In this document: positions 55,787 to 64,000 of the stretch, piece by piece | Numbering within the stretch: position 1 is the first letter of the stretch | How the letters are laid out: each line of letters opens with the position of its first letter | NCBI GenBank assembly: GCA_036402955.1 | Contig: DASWRX010000197.1 | Location: forward strand, 472 to 64,471 | Source of the DNA: Thermoanaerobaculia bacterium | GTDB lineage: Bacteria > Acidobacteriota > Thermoanaerobaculia > Multivoradales > UBA5704 | DNA length: 64,000 nucleotides | Reading direction: 5' to 3' | Program-made: the position numbers and the translations under genes | Notes under the pieces: generated by a model | The model's database searches: none | What the model was told of the DNA's origin: nothing | What the model saw: only the letters and a program-made list of their open reading frames with translations

Positions 55787-57211
55787 CTATTTCTCCGGCG
55801 TGACCGGCCTGGCCTCCCGGACGGTCTTCAGCTTGGCCTGGATCTGCTGGAGCGCGTCCGCGGGCAGGATCAGGACCGTCCCGCGGCCGGCCGCCCGGGC
55901 CGGCACCCCGCCCTGGACCGGCGGATAGAGGCTCAGGGCCTCGGTCCCCGCGTCCCTGGTGCGCAGCTCGAAGGTGAGCGCCGGTTGGCCCAGCCCGGCG
56001 CGCTGGCCTTGCGCCTCCGCGGGGGTGAGCAGACGGGTGGCGCGAGCGCCGGTCACCGCGAACAGGAGATCGCTCACTGACAGATAAGAGATCGTCGTGC
56101 TCCCTCGCTTCCAGTCGGTGCCGGCGCGGGTGAGCTCCAGGACGTCGTGATCCATGCGCACCGTGGCCGACTCGACCTGGTGCACCTCGAAGGCCGAGAG
56201 CTGGAGCGCCCGCCAGTCCGCCGGAGCCCGCCGGGCGGACTCCGGCAGGCGGGTGCGGACCTCGGAGAGGGAATCGCCCAGGCGGGCGTAGCTCAACTCG
56301 CCGCTCGGCTGCCCCTCCGGAGCCGCGCCGCCGGTGACCGGCCCGCCCAGCTCGATCCGCAACGGCGCCGCGCCCCCACCTCCAGAGAAGGCCACCTCCA
56401 CCGTCTCGCGCGGCGGCTCGAGCCCCAGCTCCGCGGGCTTCGCGGTCGATCCGTCCAGGAAGCGGTCGGCGGTGAGGCCGGTCAGATCCGAGAGCAGGCC
56501 GTCCACCAGGTCGCGGTCGGCGCGGTCGGCGAAGGGGCGCTCGATCCAGAAGCCGTCCGGCCGGCGGGCGAGCACGACCGGACCGCCGGCCGTGCCGGTC
56601 AGAGTGATGCGCCGGATCGCCTCGCGGTCGCCGCGGAACATCAGGCGGTCCCGCCATTCGCCGGGCTGCTTGTCCACCTCGGAGAGGATCGAGTCGCTCA
56701 CCACGCAGGCGCCCTGCCGTCCCTCCACCCCCGCGATCAGCGAGCCGCCCGGCGGCACCTCGGCGCCCAGCTTCAACACCTTCTCGCCCGCCCCGGTGCT
56801 CAGGCGCACGGTGGCGCGGGGCTGGTCGAGCCCCACCGCCCTGGGGTCCACGGAGTCGAGCGTGCGGGTCTTCTCGAGCGCCGTGACCGCCTGCAGCAGG
56901 CGGTCCACCGCGAACGAGTCGGCGCGGGCGGCGAACGGCCGGGCGATCCGCCACTCGACCGCCGGCTCGGCCGACACCCCTCCCTTCTTCGCTTTCGCGG
57001 GCTTCGCGGGGCCGGCCCGCTCGAGCCGCACGGCCCCCTTGCCGGTCTCGATGGCGACCGCCGTCACCTCGTCCTTCTGGAGCTCGTTGAAGACCTTCTT
57101 GCCGAGCGTCGTCCGCTCCTCGCTCGACGGCAGCTTCCGCTCGTAGAAACAGATGAAGGCTCCCAGGCCGAGGACGACGACGAGCAGGATCAGCAGCGTG
57201 CGGGGCTTCAT
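55787..57211 (-). CDS. DUF4340 domain protein
   Basis: N-terminal anchor LLILLVVVLGLGAFICFYE. Sits directly downstream of the GldG-like gene, the usual DUF4340 context. Confidence 0.7.
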   Translation of the reverse strand: MKPRTLLILLVVVLGLGAFICFYERKLPSSEERTTLGKKVFNELQKDEVTAVAIETGKGAVRLERAGPAKPAKAKKGGVSAEPAVEWRIARPFAARADSFAVDRLLQAVTALEKTRTLDSVDPRAVGLDQPRATVRLSTGAGEKVLKLGAEVPPGGSLIAGVEGRQGACVVSDSILSEVDKQPGEWRDRLMFRGDREAIRRITLTGTAGGPVVLARRPDGFWIERPFADRADRDLVDGLLSDLTGLTADRFLDGSTAKPAELGLEPPRETVEVAFSGGGGAAPLRIELGGPVTGGAAPEGQPSGELSYARLGDSLSEVRTRLPESARRAPADWRALQLSAFEVHQVESATVRMDHDVLELTRAGTDWKRGSTTISYLSVSDLLFAVTGARATRLLTPAEAQGQRAGLGQPALTFELRTRDAGTEALSLYPPVQGGVPARAAGRGTVLILPADALQQIQAKLKTVREARPVTPEK

Positions 57212-57233
57212 GCCGTCATGACCTCCTCCACGT

Positions 57234-58706
57234 TCACCGGCGCCGGCGGACGAACACCATGCCGCCCAGCGCGACCGCCAGCAGGGGCAGGGCCGCCGCC
57301 AGCAGGTAGACGTTGCGGATCTCGCCCTGCGTCAGGGTGAGCCGGACCTGCTCCGTTTTCTTCGCCGGGATCTCGAGCAGCGCCTCGCGCTCGACCAGCC
57401 AGTTGAGCGTGTTCGCCAGCAGCACGGCGTTGGGGGTGTTGGCGTGCAGGAGCTGGTTGGTGGCGAAGTCGGAGTCGCCGAAGACGATCAGCCGCATCGG
57501 CCGCTTGCCGGGAGCGGTCGCCGAGCTCTCGGCCACGGCCCCCACCGGCACCGGGCCGGCCAGGTCGCGGGCATCGCGCGAGACCTTGTCGAGATGGACG
57601 AGATCCGTCTCGCCCCAGCCCTCGGGCGTGGTGCGCAGCAGCTCCACGACCTTGATGCCCGGCGCGCTCCCGGCGCCGGCGGAGCGGGCGAGGCTCACCA
57701 GCACCGGCACGCCGGCCTGGGCGAGCGCCTTGGTCACGGGATGGTCGCCGTAGCTCTTGATGAAGATCGTCTCGGGACCGTAGTACGGCAGCGGGTTCGA
57801 GGGATCGACCACGATGTCCGGACCCACCTTGATGCCATAGCGGGCGATCCACCCCTCGAGATTGGTGTTGACCAGGCCCGCGCCGGCCGTCCCCAGGGTG
57901 GGATCGAGCAGCACGAGCATGCGGCCGCCGTTGTTGAGGTAGGCCGAGAGGGCATCGAGCTCCGGCTGGACGAAGCTGCTGGTGGGGCCCGCGATCACCA
58001 ACAGGTCGGTCCCTGCCGGCACCGCGGGCTTGCCGAGCGAGGCCCACTCCGAGAGCTCGAAGTTGTCGCGCCCGAGGAGCTCCTGGGCCCCCGAGAAGCC
58101 GTGGTCTCCCTGATCGTCGAGCGCGTGCTCGCCGTGGCCCGTGGTGAAGAGGATCCGCGGCTTCCGTCCCTCGGAGAGCTGGAGGATGGCGCTGGTGAAG
58201 AGCTGCTCCCCCTTGAAGCCGGTCATCTGCGGCTGCCCGGTGGCCTCCTGCGAGCGAAAATCGAGCTCGGCGAGATCGTTGCTGTTGATCACCCGCTTGT
58301 CGTTGCCGCTCGCCACCACGACGCCGGTCGTCGTCACGCCGTACTGCTTGACGAGCTGCTGGGCCTCGATGGGGTTCTTCTCGAGATCGACCACCCGCAC
58401 GTGGACCCGCCGCGACACCGCCCCGTAGCGCTGGAGCAGCTCGCTGGTCGGCTGGTAGAGCTCGTGCTGCTGGTCGGGCGAGAGGAAGACGATGAAGTCC
58501 ACGTCCCGCCTCAGCCCCCTGAGCACGTTGCGGGTGCGCTCCGACAGGCTGTAGAGCTGGCTGCGCGTCCAGTCGAAGCGCTTGTAGTACTTCCAGCCGA
58601 AATAGTTGACGATCAGCAGCAGGGCGGCCAGCAGCAGGACGCCGGCAGACAGCGTGCCCGTCCGCAGGAGCTGGCGGCGGTTCATTGGTGTCCTCTCAGC
58701 CATCAC
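57234..58706 (-). CDS. GldG-like ABC transporter auxiliary protein
   Basis: 490 aa with N- and C-terminal TM helices. SLSERTRNVLRGLRRDVDFIVF and LIVFGDSDFATN are typical of the GldG family. An ATG at 58703 is also possible. Confidence 0.8.
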   Translation of the reverse strand: MMAERTPMNRRQLLRTGTLSAGVLLLAALLLIVNYFGWKYYKRFDWTRSQLYSLSERTRNVLRGLRRDVDFIVFLSPDQQHELYQPTSELLQRYGAVSRRVHVRVVDLEKNPIEAQQLVKQYGVTTTGVVVASGNDKRVINSNDLAELDFRSQEATGQPQMTGFKGEQLFTSAILQLSEGRKPRILFTTGHGEHALDDQGDHGFSGAQELLGRDNFELSEWASLGKPAVPAGTDLLVIAGPTSSFVQPELDALSAYLNNGGRMLVLLDPTLGTAGAGLVNTNLEGWIARYGIKVGPDIVVDPSNPLPYYGPETIFIKSYGDHPVTKALAQAGVPVLVSLARSAGAGSAPGIKVVELLRTTPEGWGETDLVHLDKVSRDARDLAGPVPVGAVAESSATAPGKRPMRLIVFGDSDFATNQLLHANTPNAVLLANTLNWLVEREALLEIPAKKTEQVRLTLTQGEIRNVYLLAAALPLLAVALGGMVFVRRRR

Positions 58707-58707
58707 G

Positions 58708-59435
58708 TCATCTCCACTTCTTGTCTTCGAGCGCCCGGCTGGCCAGGAACAGGAAGAACAGCGTGCCCGAGAGGTAGAAGACCAGCCGGCGGGTGTCGAC
58801 GATGCCGCTCGCGAACTCGTCGATGTGGTTCCAGAGGCTGGCGTAGCCGAGCGCCTTCTTCGCCGCGTCGTTGTTGACCATCTCCTCGAACACCCCGAGC
58901 AGGAAGAGCACGAAGAGCAGGGCTCCCGTGGTCATCGCCGCCAGGAGCTGGCTGCGCGTCATCGCCGAGGCGAAGAGGCCGATGGCGAGGAAGAGCGAGC
59001 CGATCAGCATCACCCCCACGTAGCCGGCGGCGATCGGGCCCCAGTCCACCTTCTCGTAGGCCGAGATCACCAGGCCGTAGGCCACGGTGGGGAGCCAGAG
59101 GAAGGCGTAGAAGGTGAGCGCGGCGAGGAACTTGCCGGCGATCACCTGCCCCTCGGTGACCGGCGCCGTCATCAGCACCTCGATCGAGCCGGAGCGCAGC
59201 TCCTCGCTCACCAGGCGCATGGTCAGCAGCGGCCCCAGCAGGAGCAGCATCAGCCAGGTGGCGCGGAAGAAGTAGCCGAGCGGCGGCCCGCCGGCCGAGC
59301 GGGGATCGCTGAGCTGCCCCACCAGGTAGACGAAGATGACGCCGTTCACCGTCAGGAAGAAAAACAGGACGATGTAGGCGAGCGGCGAGAAGAAGTAGGC
59401 CCGCAGCTCGCGGCGGAAGGTCGCCAGGACTCCGT

Positions 59436-59439
<4 letters not shown>
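58708..59439 (-). CDS. ABC-2 permease (GldF-like)
   Basis: GTG 59439 overlaps the ATPase stop (GTGA). FRRELRAYFFSPLAYIVL and 6 predicted helices. Confidence 0.8.
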
Positions 59440-60413
<974 letters not shown>

Positions 60414-60474
60414 GAGATCTCCTCGGACGTGCCACTTTGGCATGAACGCCCGGGCCGATGCTATCCTGTTTCCC

Positions 60475-60780
60475 ATGGCAGACAAAGACAGGACCTCGGG
60501 GATGAAGTCCGCGTACGAGCTGGCGCTGGAGCGGATGGAGAAGCAGGGGATCGAGCGGCCGCGGCAGGAGACCTTCGGCGACGAGCTGCGGGAGAAGATC
60601 GCGGAGGCGCGGCGCAAGGCCGAAGCCCGGCTCGCGGAGCTGGAGATCCTCTACAAGGACCATCTGAAGACGAACTACGATCCCGCCAAGCGGCAGGAAG
60701 CGGAGGAGGAGTACGTCCGCGAGCGCCGCCGCCTCGAGGACGAACGGGATCGCAAGATCGAGGAGCTGCGGAAGGGGTAG
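60475..60780 (+). CDS. Hypothetical coiled-coil protein
   Basis: 101 aa, highly charged (E/R/K). No motif recognised. Confidence 0.45.
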   Translation: MADKDRTSGMKSAYELALERMEKQGIERPRQETFGDELREKIAEARRKAEARLAELEILYKDHLKTNYDPAKRQEAEEEYVRERRRLEDERDRKIEELRKG

Positions 60781-60783
60781 CCG

Positions 60784-61071
60784 GTGGAAATCGAGGAGCT
60801 GAGGAGCCGCCGGGACGAGATCCTGCGCATCGCCACCCGGTACGGAGCGGGGCACGTGCGTGTCTTCGGTTCCGTGGCCCGGGGCGAGGCCGACGAGCGG
60901 AGCGATGTCGATTTCCTGGTCGATCTCGAGAAGGGAAGGAGCCTGCTGGATCTGGGTGGTCTTCTCATGGATCTTCAGGATCTGCTAGGCCGGCGAGTCG
61001 ATGTGGTGACCGAGAAGGGGCTGAGAGAGCGCATCCGGAACCGGGTCCTCGGAGAAGCGGTGCCTTTGTGA
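60784..61071 (+). CDS. Nucleotidyltransferase-domain (MNT-type) antitoxin
   Basis: [21 protein letters not shown] is the GS-x10-DxD minimal nucleotidyltransferase motif. Confidence 0.8.
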   Translation: MEIEELRSRRDEILRIATRYGAGHVRVFGSVARGEADERSDVDFLVDLEKGRSLLDLGGLLMDLQDLLGRRVDVVTEKGLRERIRNRVLGEAVPL

Positions 61072-61121
61072 GAGATCATGGAGAGCGCCTTCTCGATATC
61101 TTGGAAGCGAACCGGAACTGA
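61068..61121 (+). pseudogene. Truncated HEPN/DUF86 toxin gene (17 codons only)
   Basis: GTG overlaps the MNT stop (GTGA). [17 protein letters not shown] matches the usual DUF86 N-terminus (..RLLDILEAI..) and then stops. A T8 run follows, and the next gene's stop is 22 bp away. Confidence 0.55.
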
Positions 61122-61142
61122 CTTTTTTTTCACCCCAAGATC

Positions 61143-62780
61143 CTAGGCCCGCCCGAAGACCTCCCGGAACCGCCGCACCGCGTCGCCGCTGCCGCACAGA
61201 TAGACCGAGTCCCCGGCGCCGAACCGGAAATCGGGGGGAAACTCGACGACGACGTCCTCCCCGCGCTCGACCGCCACGACCGAGCAGCCGGTCCGGTGGC
61301 GGATGCCGAGGTCGGCGGGACGGCGTCCGGTCAGGCCGCCGGGGGCGACCTTCAGGATCTTGAGCTGCGGGTCCACCGCGACAGCCTCCAGCCCCAGCAG
61401 CTTCTTGGCCAGCATCTGGCCCGAGACCTGGCTGATCGACAGGGCGAAATCCGCTCCGGCGCGGTGGATGCGCTCGACGTTCTCCGCCTCGTTCACCCGC
61501 GCGATCACCGGCACCTCCGGCGCCAGGTCCTTGAGGATCACCGTCGCGAAGAGGGTGGCGCTGTCCGCGTCGAGGGCCAGGATCACCGCCTGCGCGTCGC
61601 GGACGCCGGCCGACTCCAGCAACCGAGTGTCGAGCACGTTGCCCACCCGATCCACCTCGGAGCCGGGGTGGCGGTCGATCAGCCGCACCTCCTCGCCGAC
61701 GGCCCGCAGCAGCTCGGCCACCTTGCGCCCGACCTCCCCGCCCCCGCCCACCACGAACGGCCCCTCCCGGCGCAGCGCCACCGCTCCACCCGCGAGATCG
61801 TGCAGGCGATCGATGCTCCGGTGGCTTCCCACGACGACCAGGATGCCGTCCGGCGCCAGGCGGAGCCCCGAGCCGTCGGGCACCACCAGCTCGCCGCCGA
61901 TCCACTGGCCGACCACCGTGGCGCCCGTGCGCGTCCCGATCGCCGTCTCGTCGAGCGTGTGCCCGGCGAGAGGGCTGTCGGGATGGATCCGCACCTCGGC
62001 CACCTCCAGGTTGCGGCCGAGTTGCTGGAGACCTCCCACCCGTGGATTGATGCGGGCCGAGGCGCGGGCGGCGAGCGCCGCTCCCAGGATGTGGCGTGGC
62101 GTGAACACGGCCGTGGCGCCGGCCAGCATCATCGGCTGGCGATGGAAGGGGTCCTCGACCAGCGCCAGGAGAGTGCCCCGGTAGCCGAGCTGCCGGGCCG
62201 AGAGGCTGAGCGCCGCGTTCTCGTCGTCCGAGCCGTTGGCCACTATCGCCCGGGCGCCGCCCAGCCGGGCGGCCTGCAGCGCCCCGTCGCTCAGGCTCCG
62301 ATGGACGATCCGCACCCCGCGCTCGAACAGGCGGCGGGCCACCGCCTCGTCCGCCTCCAGGACCAGGCTGGGAACCCCGGCCTCCGCCAGCTCCTCCAGC
62401 AGCGTCTCGACCGCCGGCCCGTAGCGGTAGACGACCACGTGTCCCGCCAGATCTTTCTTCGTCACCTCCTGCGGCAGCCGCGTCTCGAAGCGCTCCTCCA
62501 GGAAGGGGATCAGGTAGATCGGGAACACCAGGAAGACCAAGAAGACGCCGAGGAACTGGACGGTCACCACCAGCAGCACCATGACCGGGTGGGCCCACGC
62601 GGAGTCCGCCCCGTAGCCGGTCGTGCTCAGGGTCTCGGCCGCCCATTCGAGGCTCTGCCAGAAGTCGCGGTGCTTGCCTTCGAGCGCGGCCATCCCCCAC
62701 ATGTAGAGGAAGGTCGAGGCCAGCACCGTCAGGAGCAGGCCGAGGGCCAGGAAGACGAGCCGCCGCCGGGAACGCCGCAT
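61143..62780 (-). CDS. K+ channel with two RCK (TrkA-N/TrkA-C) domains
   Basis: Selectivity filter TTGYG. Two Rossmann-like GxGxxG segments (VVYRYGPAV, VVGGGGEVG). Confidence 0.9.
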   Translation of the reverse strand: MRRSRRRLVFLALGLLLTVLASTFLYMWGMAALEGKHRDFWQSLEWAAETLSTTGYGADSAWAHPVMVLLVVTVQFLGVFLVFLVFPIYLIPFLEERFETRLPQEVTKKDLAGHVVVYRYGPAVETLLEELAEAGVPSLVLEADEAVARRLFERGVRIVHRSLSDGALQAARLGGARAIVANGSDDENAALSLSARQLGYRGTLLALVEDPFHRQPMMLAGATAVFTPRHILGAALAARASARINPRVGGLQQLGRNLEVAEVRIHPDSPLAGHTLDETAIGTRTGATVVGQWIGGELVVPDGSGLRLAPDGILVVVGSHRSIDRLHDLAGGAVALRREGPFVVGGGGEVGRKVAELLRAVGEEVRLIDRHPGSEVDRVGNVLDTRLLESAGVRDAQAVILALDADSATLFATVILKDLAPEVPVIARVNEAENVERIHRAGADFALSISQVSGQMLAKKLLGLEAVAVDPQLKILKVAPGGLTGRRPADLGIRHRTGCSVVAVERGEDVVVEFPPDFRFGAGDSVYLCGSGDAVRRFREVFGRA

Positions 62781-62798
62781 GGCCCCATTCTAGGCGTC

Positions 62799-63161
62799 CT
62801 AGTAGGGCATGTCCTCCTCGTCGAGCCCGAAGTGGTGCCCCAGCTCGTGGACCACCGTGTCGCGGACCTCGCGGATGACCTGCCGGCGGTTCTCGCAGAA
62901 GCGGAGGATGGGACCGCGATAGATGAACACCCGGTCCGGCAGGGCGGCCTGGTAGAAGGAGTCGCGGTCCGCCAGGGGCACTCCCTGGTAGAGGCCGAAC
63001 AGCTCCTCGTCCGGCTCCATGCCCAGCGCTTCGAGGTCCTCCGGGTCCGGCTCCTCCTCGACCATCACGGCCACGTTCTCCAGCAGCTCCGCGAACTCTT
63101 CGGGGAGCCCTTCCAGGGCCTGCTCGACCAGGGCTTCGAACTCTTCGGGCGGGACGCGCAT
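62799..63161 (-). CDS. Zincin-like metallopeptidase family protein (DUF1025-type)
   Basis: HELGHHFG metal site and C-terminal DEEDMPY. Start taken at ATG 63161 (MRVPPEEF); the track's start is TTG 63179. Confidence 0.8.
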   Translation of the reverse strand: MRVPPEEFEALVEQALEGLPEEFAELLENVAVMVEEEPDPEDLEALGMEPDEELFGLYQGVPLADRDSFYQAALPDRVFIYRGPILRFCENRRQVIREVRDTVVHELGHHFGLDEEDMPY

Positions 63162-63181
63162 GACGGGATAGATTACCAAGC

Positions 63182-64000
63182 GTGCGCCTCCGCATTCGAT
63201 CGCTCGGGACCGTCCTCCTCCTCGCCGCCCTGCACATGGTGCTCTTCGACCGCGGGCTGGGCGGCGACGGCTGGGCGAGCTTCGCCACCCTCGAGTCGCT
63301 CGCCGACCACGGCGAGCCCTGGGTGGAGGACGGCCACCACGCGGTGATGAATGGCCTGGTGGGGACCCCTTCCGGCCGGCTGGTGATGCAGTACCCGCCC
63401 GGCGTCCTGGTCCTCGACGCGCTCCCGTTCCTGGCCGGCAGGACTGCCGGCCGCCTGCTCCCCACCGGCTGGCTGGCGCGCGGCGCCGAGCTGCCGCCGG
63501 CCGGCCGGGTGCCGCGCGGGGTCTTCCTCTCGGCGGCGATGATCGTGCTGGCCCGCAACGCCGCCACGCTCCTCGGGCTACTCTGGATCGCCCTCGCCCT
63601 GCGCCGGATGGGAGTCCCGGAGGGGACCGCCGCCGCCGCGACCGCTCTCACCTTCTTCGGCGGCCCGCTGATCTTCTACTCGCTGGTGGGGATGACCCAC
63701 GCGCCGGTCTTCGCTCTGGCGGCCCTCCTGCTCCTCGCGCTCGTCCGCCAGCGGGAATCCGGCAGCCTCGGGCTCGCGTTCGCGGCCGGCGCCATCGTCG
63801 GCGGCGCGATGCTCCTGCGCTACGGCTCGGTGGCTCTCGCGGCGCCGGCCCTGCTGGCGCTCTCCCCGCGGCCGGGGACCCCGCGGATCCGGCCGTGGCT
63901 CGCCTTCGCCGCCGGCCTCACCCTCCTTCTCCTGCCGCTCCCCTTCTGGTGGCGCTGGCTCTTCCAGGCCTGGGCTCCTCCCTACGGCGGTGTCTGGGTG
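63182..64000 (+). CDS. Polytopic membrane protein, 5' part (glycosyltransferase-39/ArnT-like guess); runs off the window
   Basis: GTG 63182 opens a frame with no stop to nt 64000 (273 codons). Multiple hydrophobic helices and GC3-rich codons. Absent from the ORF track because no stop is reached. Confidence 0.55.
   Translation, partial: MRLRIRSLGTVLLLAALHMVLFDRGLGGDGWASFATLESLADHGEPWVEDGHHAVMNGLVGTPSGRLVMQYPPGVLVLDALPFLAGRTAGRLLPTGWLARGAELPPAGRVPRGVFLSAAMIVLARNAATLLGLLWIALALRRMGVPEGTAAAATALTFFGGPLIFYSLVGMTHAPVFALAALLLLALVRQRESGSLGLAFAAGAIVGGAMLLRYGSVALAAPALLALSPRPGTPRIRPWLAFAAGLTLLLLPLPFWWRWLFQAWAPPYGGVWV

Overview
High-GC bacterial chromosomal window, roughly 70% GC by eye, densely coding on both strands. 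I found no rRNA, tRNA or CRISPR array. The phylum cannot be determined from sequence alone.

Core content:
- A MoxR / DUF58 / transglutaminase operon (0.7-4.8 kb) and recA.
- A long minus-strand co-directional run: rpsP, KH, rimM, trmD, rplS, rnhB, TPR, deoxyhypusine-synthase-like, isocitrate dehydrogenase, molybdopterin oxidoreductase, rarA (21.5 down to 9.8 kb). Many junctions have overlapping stop and start codons.
- An ABC-2 transporter with a HisKA_3/NarL two-component pair (32.4-35.9 kb).
- An ABC-F ATPase, PBP1A and a UvrA-family protein.
- A LuxC/LuxE-like pair, and an ECF sigma / anti-sigma / CpxP-like set.
- A GldA/F/G-type ABC transporter with DUF4340, and an RCK K+ channel.

Accessory DNA sits at 21.6-31.3 kb, plus smaller AT-richer islets at 36.0-38.1, 40.2-41.6, 45.3-46.0 and 60.4-61.1 kb.

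The strongest observation is a 4,118-bp IS1-like transposon (26918-31035).
- It has perfect 18/19-bp terminal inverted repeats and seven passenger ORFs, including hicAB, two paralogous RHH-like genes and unknowns.
- It is inserted in a tandem array of the 12-bp palindrome GACCCGCGGGTC, repeated every 21 bp. There are 4 units to the left and 11 to the right.
- A 10-bp (or 8-bp) target duplication is visible. In-silico excision rejoins the two arrays into a seamless 14-unit array.

Other items worth follow-up:
- An XRE-HTH+TPR regulator convergent with a signal-peptide gene that encodes two CxxDPNGRC loops. The regulator is also divergent from a two-gene operon encoding a small acidic protein and a protein with three AbrB-like repeats.
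- A HicB-like ORF wedged between the luxE-like and luxC-like genes.
- A sigma-region-2-only mini ORF upstream of the ECF sigma gene.
- An MNT antitoxin gene followed by a 17-codon HEPN stump.
- An 18-bp perfect palindrome in front of an SPFH / Arc-like pair.

Functional calls rest on motifs I recognise by eye. No database search was run.
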